DNA of 64,000 nucleotides, taken from the UHGV virus genome UHGV-0018639; one strand, 5' to 3'. The notes under the pieces are model-generated. The model had not been told where the DNA came from and did not search any database. It saw nothing but the letters and a program-made list of their open reading frames with translations. This stretch comes from a virus. Position numbers and translations under genes: made by a program. Below are positions 36,373 through 45,325 of this stretch, in pieces (position 1 is the stretch's first letter; every line of letters begins with the position of its first letter).

Positions 36373-37212
36373 ATGATAAATCCGCAGGAATATGTGAATA
36401 AGGCATATCAGCTTGGTGAAAAGGTTTATGGTAATCGTCTTATATTTGCCGCGCATTATGGTTCTTTCAATTATGGCCTTGCTGATGAAGAAAGCGATTG
36501 TGATGTTATGCTGATTGTAATGCCGTCAATGGATGAGATTATACGATGTGATGTTACTGATACGACGCTGAGATGTGCTCCTGAAGGCGACATCAAAGTA
36601 ATTGATGTGCGCACTTTTGTCAAGCGCCTTTGTGATGCTGACCTTAATTCCCTTCAGTGTCTCTATGCGCCCTATCATAAGTGGGATGAATATTGGGATG
36701 ATATTTTTGCATCTCTGCGCAATGGTGAGTTCCTTTGGGACGTTACAATGATGAATCCGACCGAACTTTTCTACAATATGCGGGGTGTAATAGCCCGCGC
36801 GAGTAAGCGAATGGAAAGAGTCAGTGAGGAAAAGCCTTTCAGTCCATCAGATTCTAAGATGATTTATAACGCAATGAGAATGATTGATCTTGCTGATCTT
36901 TTGTCAGATGAGATTGAGGATGATGGACTTGGCGTTTGTAACGATATCAATTTGTTTTCTTGGGAATATGGTATTCATAGTAAACATGATTTGATGGCAA
37001 TGAAACGTGGTCTTTATTCCTATCAAGCTGCGCATAGTTGCATCGACGGCTGTTTGGAACAGATTGATGAATATCGGGATATATTCATCAATGACAGTAT
37101 GTTAGAGAAAGTTGAGGATGGCCGTATATGTCAGCGCCTTGAGCGAATGATAGAGGCCGCGATTTATAAGCTTTATTTTGAGGGAAAATCTTTTCCGCAA
37201 TTTTGGTCATAA
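36373..37212 (+). CDS. minimal Pol-beta-fold nucleotidyltransferase
   Basis: GSFNYGLADEESDCDVMLIV is a GS-x10-DxD NTase signature. 279 aa with a helical C-terminal domain. Confidence 0.6.
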   Translation: MINPQEYVNKAYQLGEKVYGNRLIFAAHYGSFNYGLADEESDCDVMLIVMPSMDEIIRCDVTDTTLRCAPEGDIKVIDVRTFVKRLCDADLNSLQCLYAPYHKWDEYWDDIFASLRNGEFLWDVTMMNPTELFYNMRGVIARASKRMERVSEEKPFSPSDSKMIYNAMRMIDLADLLSDEIEDDGLGVCNDINLFSWEYGIHSKHDLMAMKRGLYSYQAAHSCIDGCLEQIDEYRDIFINDSMLEKVEDGRICQRLERMIEAAIYKLYFEGKSFPQFWS

Positions 37213-37215
37213 AAA

Positions 37216-37255
37216 TTTGATTTTCTCTCAAATTTTATGTATAATATATATAGAA
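37216..37255 (+). promoter_or_regulatory. class-II promoter driving a tRNA and ORF-free region C
   Basis: TTGATT, N17, TATAAT 37239-44, ATATATAGAAAGTGAG. Confidence 0.7.
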
Positions 37256-37272
37256 AGTGAGAGAAAGATATG

Positions 37273-37347
37273 AGCTGGATAGCTCAGTTGGTAGAGAGCT
37301 AACATTTGGAAGGTTAGAGGGCGATGGTTCGAATCCATCTCTGGCTC
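37273..37347 (+). tRNA. tRNA, anticodon uncertain (TGG/Pro-like), possibly with a 9-nt anticodon loop; no encoded CCA
   Basis: AGCTGGA..GCTCAGTTGGTAGAGAGC..CTAAC-ATTTGGAAG-GTTAG..GATGGTTCGAATCCATC..TCTGGCT-C. Good acceptor, D and T arms. The anticodon stem is either 5 bp with a 9-nt loop, or a 7-nt loop TTTGGAA closed by an A-G pair. Confidence 0.55.
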
Positions 37348-38195
37348 AATTATTTAAATAAGACAGTAGATGAACTAAAATGAAATTCTACTGTCGGATG
37401 CTTCGCTCCATCCATTACGAACAGAGCGAACCCCGCAAGTCTGAGGGTGAGAGACTGAGTTTTTTGGTAATCTTAAACCAACGTCGGGATAAGTGGCGTT
37501 ACATCTTATCAAAAAATCCGTCTGACTGCAGTAAGGGCGGTTGGTTTGTAGGTTTGCCAACAGGTATAAGTCTGGATATCAATAAATACCTACCAAAGAG
37601 GAGTCGGGTTGGAGTCCTCCGGTGCGGTTGATGACCTAGGCCGCACACATATGTTAGGTTAGTTCAGTAGGAAGAATTACTCCCGTCAAGGAGAGAGTTG
37701 AGTTCGAATCTCAAACCTATCCTTGGTTTGATAAGCCAAGAATTTTATCAGGTGCGGCCCTTTGTCGTCGGTCGAGACTCCGTCCGGAAATGAGCTACGT
37801 CTAAGTAAGAAGCGTAAACTTAGCGCTGATGTGCGTGATGCATTGGTTGCGTGTCCAAAACACGATAGGTTTAGTTGGGTTTTCTACACAAAATTCAACT
37901 GAGTCAGACCGCTCACATGAAGGTCGAGGGTTCCACTCCCCTGACGAAAAGCCAATCGGAAAATCTCTTGGTTTTCTCAATTTTGTCAGTAGTTAGTCGC
38001 ACTGATGAAATTGCTTTTTAGAGTAAGGTGTGTAAGTAGCTAAAGAGATGACGCCTCTTTTCTACTTAAAAACCAAGTTATCCGCCTCTGCTTGGCCGCC
38101 CTAACATTTTAAATGAGGGTGAAATGCGTGGAAGGTAGTCAAAAATGGGGACTGCCGCATAGTTGGTTTTGGAGCGTTGCCAGCTACGGAAAGAT
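37348..38195 (+). ncRNA. ORF-free region C (candidate structured RNA / pseudo-tRNA) between two tRNAs
   Basis: About 850 nt with no ORF of 60 aa or more. It contains at least one degenerate tRNA-like element (about 37646-37725, with T arm TTGAGTTCGAATCTCAA) and many GC-rich hairpins. Confidence 0.3.
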
Positions 38196-38275
38196 GGTGC
38201 GTTAGGCGAATTGGTAGAGCCGCTACCCTTTCAAGGTAGAGTTTTTTGGGAGTTCAAGCCTCCCACGCATCACCA
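38196..38275 (+). tRNA. tRNA-Glu (anticodon TTC)
   Basis: GGTGCGT..CTACC-CTTTCAA-GGTAG..GGGAGTTCAAGCCTCCC..ACGCATC-A-CCA, followed by a terminator hairpin. Confidence 0.7.
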
Positions 38276-38310
38276 CTATATTTCTTTTTTATATTTCCTT
38301 TTCTTAGAGT

Positions 38311-38345
38311 CCCGCGTAGATTAGCTACGCGGGATTTGATTTTTT
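38311..38345 (+). terminator. intrinsic terminator after tRNA-Glu
   Basis: CCCGCGTAGATTAGCTACGCGGG followed by ATTTGATTTTTT. Confidence 0.65.
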
Positions 38346-38375
38346 AAAGAATTTTTATTATAATATATATAGAAA
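38336..38375 (+). promoter_or_regulatory. class-II promoter
   Basis: TTGATT 38336-41, N17, TATAAT 38359-64, ATATATAGAAAGTGA. Confidence 0.7.
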
Positions 38376-38399
38376 GTGAAAAGAAAGGAATTTTAAAAA

Positions 38400-38696
38400 A
38401 TGATAAAAGCAATTATTCTTGATGATGGTTATCATTCCAATGATGTGGTAATAAAGTTCGGGGAAAATTATAAGAGTGTTTCTCTTGTATATTTTTTGAA
38501 TCTGCTCTGTAAGCGTCATGACTCTGATTATGAAGTAAAGACCATTCACTTTGAGGATATTGGGGATGATGCCGCGGCGGAATGGTTTGAAATTCTAAAC
38601 AATATGAGCTATTGTTCGTCTACTGTTCAGTCTTGCGAAGAGTTTGAGAAGCTCTGGGAGTCTGACGAGGTTGTAGATGGAATAGATGTGTATTGA
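38400..38696 (+). CDS. hypothetical protein (98 aa)
   Basis: ORF track entry, class-II promoter upstream. Confidence 0.5.
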   Translation: MIKAIILDDGYHSNDVVIKFGENYKSVSLVYFLNLLCKRHDSDYEVKTIHFEDIGDDAAAEWFEILNNMSYCSSTVQSCEEFEKLWESDEVVDGIDVY

Positions 38697-38711
38697 AAAA
38701 GGAGAACTTCA

Positions 38712-39029
38712 ATGAATCTTTGGGTTGATGATATTAGAACTCCGCCTTTTGATAGCTATATATGGGCACGTTCTGTGAATGAAGCTATTACCGCCATCAA
38801 ATCCTATGAGAGGAACTTTGCTGGTGGCGGCACTATTTTTATTAGCCTCGATCATGATGCAGGCGATTTTGCAGAGGATGGAGGAAATTATATTCGCGTT
38901 TTGGACTGGCTTGAGCAGACAGGAATTGTAGATACTGGATACTTTTTCCATCTTCATACTCAAAACCCCGTAGGAAGAGAAAATATGGAGAGAATTATTA
39001 GAAAAAATGGATGGAGGTTAGTAAAATAA
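38712..39029 (+). CDS. hypothetical protein (105 aa)
   Basis: ORF track entry. Confidence 0.5.
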   Translation: MNLWVDDIRTPPFDSYIWARSVNEAITAIKSYERNFAGGGTIFISLDHDAGDFAEDGGNYIRVLDWLEQTGIVDTGYFFHLHTQNPVGRENMERIIRKNGWRLVK

Positions 39030-39370
39030 TGGATGCTTTGGAATTTATTCGTGAGAGAAGGCGTATGTGTAAGTCTTTTGGCGACAGTTGTCATGATTGC
39101 CCTGCTCATCCAAAGGGCTATTGCATAGCCTTTGATGGGGAGGAGGCAATTCCTATTGTCAAAAAGTGGTCTGCTGAACACTCGCATAAGACACGGCAGA
39201 GTATTTTTCTGGAGCAATATCCAGAAACAGAACTTGACGGATTTGGTGTAATGACGCTTTGCCCGGCTATGATTTCTAAAGCTTATAGGGGTAGTTATGG
39301 AGGGTGTAGGAACCCAGATGATAATTGTAATGATTGCTGTCATAAATTTTGGGAACAGGAGGTAGAATAA
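39029..39370 (+). CDS. Cys-rich protein, paralog 1 of a tandem pair
   Basis: MDALEFIRERRRMCKSFGDSCHDCPA...KWSAEHSHKTRQSIFL...FWEQEVE. Confidence 0.55.
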   Translation: MDALEFIRERRRMCKSFGDSCHDCPAHPKGYCIAFDGEEAIPIVKKWSAEHSHKTRQSIFLEQYPETELDGFGVMTLCPAMISKAYRGSYGGCRNPDDNCNDCCHKFWEQEVE

Positions 39371-39696
39371 TGGACGCTGTGGAATTTATTAAGGAACGCA
39401 ACCGAATGTGTAAATCTTTTGGTGATTGCTCTAATTGTCCTGCTGGTAAGAATATCTGCTGTAATACTTATGAATGGCAAGAGGAACTTGCCGCCGTTGT
39501 TGAAAAGTGGTCTACTGAACATCCTCGCAAGACGCGCCAAAGCGAGTTTTTGAAACAATTTCCTTATGCGAGTTGCTTTGATGGTGTCGTGGTAATTTGT
39601 CCTAAAGTAGTTGATACTTATTTTTCTTGCCCTGCTGATGCTAATATTAATTGTTCCGCTTGTAAGTATGGATTCTGGCTGCAGGAGGTAAAATGA
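39370..39696 (+). CDS. Cys-rich protein, paralog 2 of a tandem pair
   Basis: MDAVEFIKERNRMCKSFGDCSNCPA...KWSTEHPRKTRQSEFL...FWLQEVK, colinear with the upstream gene. Confidence 0.55.
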   Translation: MDAVEFIKERNRMCKSFGDCSNCPAGKNICCNTYEWQEELAAVVEKWSTEHPRKTRQSEFLKQFPYASCFDGVVVICPKVVDTYFSCPADANINCSACKYGFWLQEVK

Positions 39697-39697
39697 T

Positions 39698-40168
39698 ATG
39701 GAAACAGTAAATTGCCTTCGTTGTGATTTTCATCATAAGGATAATGGAAACTGTACCGCTGTTGGGGGATTTTGTACGGCGGTACCGGCTGCACATTGCC
39801 CGATGTTGCGGAAATATTTAGATACGGGGCTGACGCCGGAACTTGTGCAAGAAACTGCAGAATTAGCAATATGGGTACATGAAAATGGACTTGAAAAGAT
39901 TAAAGAATGGATTAAAGCCGACAGGGACGGGAGATTAGTGGTATTGTCCTCTAACAAAGCGTTGACCAATGCAGATCGTATGCGAACCGCGACAAATCAG
40001 CAGTTGGCGGAACTGTTATATGACAATCAAAAAGAACTTTGTAGATTAATATATAAAACTCTTGGGTTTAAGAACGAGCTAAAGTTTTCAGAGGACTATT
40101 CGGATATTTTAGCGTGGCTGAACGCTTCTGAAAAAGGCGAAGAAAACCTTGGAGGAGACAAAGGATGA
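39698..40168 (+). CDS. hypothetical Cys-containing protein (156 aa)
   Basis: ORF track entry. Confidence 0.5.
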   Translation: METVNCLRCDFHHKDNGNCTAVGGFCTAVPAAHCPMLRKYLDTGLTPELVQETAELAIWVHENGLEKIKEWIKADRDGRLVVLSSNKALTNADRMRTATNQQLAELLYDNQKELCRLIYKTLGFKNELKFSEDYSDILAWLNASEKGEENLGGDKG

Positions 40169-40245
40169 TTGAATTAATACCTTGCCCGTTTTGCGGCGGT
40201 AAAGCAGAATGGAATAAAAAGAACAAAGCACCCCAGTGTTCATAG
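40165..40245 (+). pseudogene. truncated Lar-like zinc-ribbon ORF (26 aa)
   Basis: MIELIPCPFCGGKAEWNKKNKAPQCS* resembles the Lar restriction-alleviation N-terminus (M.ELKPCPFCG) but stops early. Confidence 0.3.
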
Positions 40246-40350
40246 TGTAAAGCAACAATACCATCTGCTGGGGTGTATTTCAAAAATATTTTGATAAGAA
40301 TTATAGATATCGCCAATATATGGTTGGGCTTTGGAATAGGAGGGTTGACA

Positions 40351-40674
40351 ATGGCTAAATACATCGAACTCGAAAGAGCACTTGCATTAATACGACCGGA
40401 TGCGCCAGAGGATGAAAAAGTCGCTATCACAATCACAACTGCCAAAAAACTCCTTCGGAATCTTTTGGATCGTGCACCGGCCGCTGATGCTGCGCGAGTG
40501 ATGCATGGGAAATGGATATCATTAACCGATTGTTCGAACGCAGGGGTATATTGCTCAATTTGTCATAAGAAAGTATATAAGGAAGATTACGCTTGGTGTA
40601 ATAAAAAAAATAAAGTAAGGTCATCATATTGTCCTAACTGTGGCGCGAAAATGGACGGAGGCATAAATGGCTGA
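40351..40674 (+). CDS. zinc-ribbon protein (C-terminal CxxCGAKMDG), paralog a
   Basis: ...VMHGKWISLTDCSNAGVYCSICHKK...YCPNCGAKMDGGING. The start is taken at MAKYIELE. Confidence 0.5.
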   Translation: MAKYIELERALALIRPDAPEDEKVAITITTAKKLLRNLLDRAPAADAARVMHGKWISLTDCSNAGVYCSICHKKVYKEDYAWCNKKNKVRSSYCPNCGAKMDGGING

Positions 40675-40918
40675 CTATATTGAACGTAAAGTTGTTAAGG
40701 AGCTACTCAATATTAACTATGGCGGCTATCTTGATGCCGTAGATCGTATCCCTGCTGCAGACGTTGTCCCGGTGGTGCATGGGCGGTGGGCGCATCTTGG
40801 CGGAGACGAATGGTGTTGTTCTGCTTGTGGCTTTGTTCTTACCACTGAGGGTAGCTGGGATAAGCCTACTAAAAAATACTGCGAGGATTGCGGCGCGAAG
40901 ATGGATGGAGACAAATAA
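40667..40918 (+). CDS. zinc-ribbon protein (C-terminal CxxCGAKMDG), paralog b
   Basis: ...VVHGRWAHLGGDEWCCSACGF...YCEDCGAKMDGDK. Confidence 0.5.
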   Translation: MADYIERKVVKELLNINYGGYLDAVDRIPAADVVPVVHGRWAHLGGDEWCCSACGFVLTTEGSWDKPTKKYCEDCGAKMDGDK

Positions 40919-41092
40919 ATGACACGTAAGAAATTTATGAAACTTTGTATGGCTAATTTTGGCTATTCTCGAAATGAGGCTGAGGAATCGGCCAGTCATA
41001 TTATTGAACTCAATAAAAATTATATTGCCTCATATAAAGAAAGATATAATTTTATTTTAAGGCTTCGCCAGTCAAGGGAAATGTTTAAATGA
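40919..41092 (+). CDS. small hypothetical protein (57 aa)
   Basis: ORF I found by eye, MTRKKFMKLCMANFGYSRNEAEE...; TAAATG junction. Confidence 0.35.
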   Translation: MTRKKFMKLCMANFGYSRNEAEESASHIIELNKNYIASYKERYNFILRLRQSREMFK

Positions 41093-41134
41093 TGCACTTT
41101 GTATGATAAAAGGAAATGTATCAAGGAGGAATTA

Positions 41135-41440
41135 ATGAGTAAATGTAATTGTTATCACGAAAGGTCAGAACGTAGATATATTTTTAATACTTTTACTGGG
41201 ATACCAGAAACCTCATATCTTAGCACATATGGAGTCTGCTATGGCACAAAAGAATGTGATGTGTGCGGCTGTGAAGGTGATGAAACTAAATGTAGTTTCT
41301 ATCCTGAAAAGCGCGAAAAAGCCATTCAAGCTAATACTATGGCTTTTGAAAAACCAGCGTGTGTTAACTGCCCATCTAATCCTAAGAATGGTGGAGATGG
41401 AATTTGTTTTTGTATCTTGGGACAAGATTTGATTTATTGA
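41135..41440 (+). CDS. Cys-rich hypothetical protein (about 101 aa)
   Basis: ATG after AAGGAGG; CNCYHERSE...CDVCGCEGDETKC...CVNCPSN. Confidence 0.5.
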   Translation: MSKCNCYHERSERRYIFNTFTGIPETSYLSTYGVCYGTKECDVCGCEGDETKCSFYPEKREKAIQANTMAFEKPACVNCPSNPKNGGDGICFCILGQDLIY

Positions 41441-41448
41441 GGTAAAAT

Positions 41449-41613
41449 ATGAAACAAACAATTGAATTAAATGCAAAAGATATCGAGCGGCTAATTGCAA
41501 AAGAGTTTAATGTTAAAGAAGAGCAAGTAATTGTCTCGCTCGGTAAAGTATATAGTGGAGATGGAATTGGCGAGAATAAGGATTATAAGATTTATGCTAT
41601 TGTGAATAAGTAA
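41449..41613 (+). CDS. small hypothetical protein (54 aa)
   Basis: ORF I found by eye, MKQTIELNAKDIERLIAKEF... Confidence 0.35.
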   Translation: MKQTIELNAKDIERLIAKEFNVKEEQVIVSLGKVYSGDGIGENKDYKIYAIVNK

Positions 41614-41633
41614 CTTTGGAATGAGGTGTAAGT

Positions 41634-41882
41634 ATGATTTGTTATCATTGTAAAAATGTAGACGCTTGTCCTTTATTTAGACATGCGTATTCTATGTCTG
41701 AAGATTTTGAGATTCTCAAATGCAAGAATTATGATGAAGTAAGTAAATATAAATACAGACTTATTGCGAAGAATGACGATCTTTTGCATTTAATTTATGA
41801 TTACTTTACAGATAACGTTAGTGGAGAGCATAGTGACGAAGAAGTAAAAGAAGCAATTACAAGTGCTATATGGAGTTTGTGA
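41634..41882 (+). CDS. hypothetical protein (82 aa)
   Basis: ORF track entry. Confidence 0.5.
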   Translation: MICYHCKNVDACPLFRHAYSMSEDFEILKCKNYDEVSKYKYRLIAKNDDLLHLIYDYFTDNVSGEHSDEEVKEAITSAIWSL

Positions 41883-41892
41883 GGCGAAAGTT

Positions 41893-42249
41893 ATGACAGA
41901 AACAATAAACTGTGTATATGAAACCCCTTGTGAATGGTGTTCAAAATGGGACAAGAAGTGTGATAAAAAGGCACCAGAGCGCGGGCAAAGAGTCAAGTGT
42001 CATCCTATTGATGATGCATTCGCTAATAAAATGTGCCAATCAGAATTTGATCACGAATGGGTATGTATTGGAATATCTACGGTAGGAACGGAATATATAT
42101 GTAGAAAATGCTTTGCTCGAAAAAATATTATGTATGAATTAGGGACAGAGGGTATTCCAACACTGACTACTACAACCGCAAAACAAGCGGCTTGTGTCAA
42201 TTATTTAGTAAATACAAAAAATGATGGAGAAAAGAAAGTAGATAGATGA
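41893..42249 (+). CDS. Cys-rich hypothetical protein (118 aa)
   Basis: ATG after GAGG; CVYETPCEWCSKWDKKCD... Confidence 0.5.
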   Translation: MTETINCVYETPCEWCSKWDKKCDKKAPERGQRVKCHPIDDAFANKMCQSEFDHEWVCIGISTVGTEYICRKCFARKNIMYELGTEGIPTLTTTTAKQAACVNYLVNTKNDGEKKVDR

Positions 42250-42386
42250 CAAGACTTGAATGTGCAATGGAACTTTTGAAGATATATCATAGATATGATT
42301 ATCCTAATTTGGAGGATACGAAAGCAATTGCCTATGCGATTATGGAAATTGGTAAAAGTGAGCTAAGAGAAGAAATAAAAGATTAA
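42246..42386 (+). CDS. small hypothetical protein (46 aa)
   Basis: ATGA overlap; MTRLECAMELLKIY... Confidence 0.35.
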   Translation: MTRLECAMELLKIYHRYDYPNLEDTKAIAYAIMEIGKSELREEIKD

Positions 42387-42483
42387 GCTGGCAAGATAAA
42401 ACAAGGTAATAGCGCGAACTATTGTAAAATTTGAAAAATGATATTTGACAAATCAATATTTTATAATATAATGACAATACAAA

Positions 42484-42590
42484 ACTAAAGTTCCACACAT
42501 AATAAGTTAAATTTATCAATTGACTTAGAAGCGTGGAACTTGTTTTTTTATAAAAATTGAGTTATAATATATATAGAAAATGAGGAAAAG
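42484..42590 (+). repeat. terminator-promoter cassette copy 1
   Basis: Inverted repeat GTTCCACAC...GTGGAAC, then CTTGTTTTTTTATAAAAATTGAGTTATAATATATATAGAAAATGAGGA. About 85% identical to copies 2 and 3. Confidence 0.65.
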
Positions 42591-42603
42591 GAGATTAGAA
42601 ATT

Positions 42604-42951
42604 ATGAATGAACATTTGGAGAACATTATATACTCAATCAATCATGCGGTGGCTAAAGCGGCGATTCATCGGTCGAATGGACTGAAACCTGAAGATACCA
42701 CCTACCATCGTGGGATAGATATCGCATATGACCTTCATTCAATATGCGAAATTATCAATAAAGACGCTGGCGAAGATTTTGTGGGAGTGGAAGCAACAAA
42801 AGTTTACGAAGTAGAGTTTTTCGATATGCACGACGATTCTTTCGGTAATACAATTCAAGGCAACAAATCTACTATTTGTATTGGGATGTTGCCTCTTATC
42901 AGATATAAGAATGATGGAATACGCGGTGCGTGGTATATTTATAAGGATTGA
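42604..42951 (+). CDS. hypothetical protein (115 aa)
   Basis: First gene after terminator-promoter cassette 1. Confidence 0.5.
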   Translation: MNEHLENIIYSINHAVAKAAIHRSNGLKPEDTTYHRGIDIAYDLHSICEIINKDAGEDFVGVEATKVYEVEFFDMHDDSFGNTIQGNKSTICIGMLPLIRYKNDGIRGAWYIYKD

Positions 42952-42962
42952 GAGGGCTGTAA

Positions 42963-43466
42963 ATGAAAATATTACTCTTTTTGCTGGGTTTCGCTGTGGT
43001 TTTTGCTATTGCTGTAATAGCAATAGCAAAAATAGTAAACTACTTCCGCGGTAAGCGGCCTGTTGATTACGAATATACACTTGAGAAGATCAAAGTCTTT
43101 TTAGATTTTTCTACTTTTAAGTCTTTTTATCTCGCGGCACCAGAAAATTTCAATCTTAAAGATGAAACTGTCTATTTTAACGAGAAGGGTTATGGAAGTT
43201 CAAGTTATCGTACTCGTATAGGGTTCAAAACACTTGCTGACTTGTGGGCCTATCAGGATTGGAAAGAGGAGATTGACTCCAAAAAAGAGAATGCTGAAAA
43301 TGATGAAGCAACCCTCAAATTTTGTCAGTCAATGACGCGCGTTTTGGAAAAGAAAAAGCAGGCTGAACTCAAGAAAGCACAGAACGCTGCGCAAGATAGT
43401 ATCAATATTATTGACAACCTTATGAGAGAAGAGCGTCCTTTACCGCCACGACAGATTCAATTTTAG
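42963..43466 (+). CDS. membrane-anchored hypothetical protein (167 aa)
   Basis: N-terminal TM helix LLFLLGFAVVFAIAVIAIA. Confidence 0.5.
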   Translation: MKILLFLLGFAVVFAIAVIAIAKIVNYFRGKRPVDYEYTLEKIKVFLDFSTFKSFYLAAPENFNLKDETVYFNEKGYGSSSYRTRIGFKTLADLWAYQDWKEEIDSKKENAENDEATLKFCQSMTRVLEKKKQAELKKAQNAAQDSINIIDNLMREERPLPPRQIQF

Positions 43467-43478
43467 GAGGTAAATAAA

Positions 43479-43718
43479 ATGTTCCAAAATTTTTACAAGT
43501 GCGAGTATGGACACGGCTTGTGTAAAGCTCCAGAGACACAGTGCCCGCACTGGCAGGGTGTATTCTGTGAGTTAGACGAACAGAGAAAAAGGTCTATTTC
43601 TCAGGAACATTTTGTGCGGGATTGCCATAAATGTGTTTATGAACTTGTATGTGATGGTAATCCTGTAGATTGTAAGAAATATAGGAGAGACGCGCTGGAT
43701 GGAGGGTATTATGGATAA
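43479..43718 (+). CDS. Cys-rich hypothetical protein (79 aa)
   Basis: ORF track entry. Confidence 0.5.
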   Translation: MFQNFYKCEYGHGLCKAPETQCPHWQGVFCELDEQRKRSISQEHFVRDCHKCVYELVCDGNPVDCKKYRRDALDGGYYG

Positions 43719-44031
43719 GTATAATTTTCTTGAGGCGAAAGATGCTATTTTTAGACTTTTGGCCGACTACTGCATACCTATTGAAAAAGATGGGGTATAT
43801 TATATGTCTCATAAATATCACAGCTCCTATCAAAAGGCTTTTCAGGCTCTTGGCATAGAGCAGGATGAAGTTCCACTTATGGATTTTTGTCAGATGTGGG
43901 AAGAGAATAACCGTGATACTTGGGGTCTTTGGAACTTCGGATATATTTATTATGGAGCAACCGCACAGATGTATTATGATACAATTGTTGAGAATTATCT
44001 TGCGCGAGTTGATGGAGTGGAGGATGACTGA
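43711..44031 (+). CDS. hypothetical protein (about 106 aa)
   Basis: Start at MDKYNF. Confidence 0.5.
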   Translation: MDKYNFLEAKDAIFRLLADYCIPIEKDGVYYMSHKYHSSYQKAFQALGIEQDEVPLMDFCQMWEENNRDTWGLWNFGYIYYGATAQMYYDTIVENYLARVDGVEDD

Positions 44032-44208
44032 TGGGCGGCGAAGAAATACTTTGGCGCAATACTTATAGAATGAGTCATTGTATTGATTGCCCAAATTCAT
44101 TGTGTGGGCGTTGCACTGATGATATGATAGTTTGTCAGTGGCGTAGGCTTTTGGATAACTTGGGAGATTGGTTTGAAAGTGAGGAGAATAAAAATGAGTC
44201 TAACTGAA
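44032..44208 (+). CDS. small Cys-rich protein (about 58 aa, coordinates +/-1)
   Basis: ORF I found by eye, MGGEEILWRNTYRMSHCIDCPNSLCGRCTDD... Confidence 0.3.
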
Positions 44209-44547
44209 TATGCATCAATTGACGAAATCAAGCGTTGCTTAGAGGACGCTTGTGAGCCTTTTCTCGTAAGCCCACTTAGCGCTTGGAACGGCCATTGCCT
44301 TTATGAGTGGTATGACATAGAGAACATTTTGGACACGGCGTCTACGGTTGATTTGACGGACAGTCGCGCGAAAGGTGAGTGGCTTGACTTGGACAAGAAT
44401 TTTGAAACAAAGCATCCGCCTCTCGCAATATGTAGTTGTTGTGAGAGTGCAAACTATGTCAATGCCATTCGTCTCAAAGATAAGGTAAGAATACTGACAA
44501 GATTCTGCGGACGTTGCGGCGCGGAATTGGAATATAAGGGGAATTAA
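44194..44547 (+). CDS. zinc-ribbon hypothetical protein (about 117 aa)
   Basis: ...CSCCESANY...CGRCGAELEYKGN. Confidence 0.5.
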   Translation: MSLTEYASIDEIKRCLEDACEPFLVSPLSAWNGHCLYEWYDIENILDTASTVDLTDSRAKGEWLDLDKNFETKHPPLAICSCCESANYVNAIRLKDKVRILTRFCGRCGAELEYKGN

Positions 44548-44549
44548 AA

Positions 44550-44879
44550 ATGGCGTGTAAATATTTTGATACAGTAAAAAAGCAGCATTATGTCTATGAT
44601 CGTGTGAATGGTTCGTTCAGCGGCCAGATTGCGGATATGGAATATTATGTCTGCAAAGCCACAAACGACCGTGCAATCTGCACGTGCGGCGGTTGTGTAG
44701 ATAAGTGCGATTATTATAGGCCGAGTGCAGTCAAGCAATTGGAAGCGCTAAGTATCAGTCGAGATGCAATTAATCTGCTTTATCATGATGGAATCATTGA
44801 TGAGGAAGATAATGATGCGCTGAATATCGTATGGCGGTGTGCTGAGCGAGAGATAAGGAGTGCCGAATGTCTGGAATGA
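44550..44879 (+). CDS. Cys-rich hypothetical protein (109 aa)
   Basis: ORF track entry. Confidence 0.5.
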   Translation: MACKYFDTVKKQHYVYDRVNGSFSGQIADMEYYVCKATNDRAICTCGGCVDKCDYYRPSAVKQLEALSISRDAINLLYHDGIIDEEDNDALNIVWRCAEREIRSAECLE

Positions 44880-45211
44880 CGATTCTTACACAACATCCGA
44901 TTGTTGAATATGCTGGACAAGTTTGGGTTGTTTTGGCAGCTATTGCTTTTAGTCTTACAGTTAGTTTTTTGATAGTGGCGCTAATTTGTCGTTCGACCGA
45001 ATCCTTGGGTCTGTGTGTTATTTTTCTTCTTGCTCTTTTCGCTTTTTGTGTGATTGGAAAAGTGCATTATAAAGAAGTCGAAACTGGCCGCTATGAATAT
45101 CAAGTTCTTCTTGATGAAACCTGCGACATAAACGAGCTTGCCTCCCACTATGATATAATAGGTCAAGACGGTCTAATCTGGACAATTCAAGATAAAGAAC
45201 CCATTGAATAA
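44867..45211 (+). CDS. membrane protein (114 aa, 2 TM)
   Basis: Hydrophobic N-terminal half. Confidence 0.5.
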   Translation: MSGMTILTQHPIVEYAGQVWVVLAAIAFSLTVSFLIVALICRSTESLGLCVIFLLALFAFCVIGKVHYKEVETGRYEYQVLLDETCDINELASHYDIIGQDGLIWTIQDKEPIE

Positions 45212-45216
45212 ATTTA

Positions 45217-45311
45217 TTAGTTCCGCACACTTTTAAGTTGAACTTATCATTCTACTTAGAGGGCGCGGAACTTGTTTTTTTATAAAAATTACGTTATAAT
45301 ATATATAGAAA
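45217..45311 (+). repeat. terminator-promoter cassette copy 2
   Basis: GTTCCGCAC...GCGCGGAAC, then CTTGTTTTTTTATAAAAATTACGTTATAATATATATAGAAAATGAG. Confidence 0.65.
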
Positions 45312-45325
45312 ATGAGAAAGGGAGT

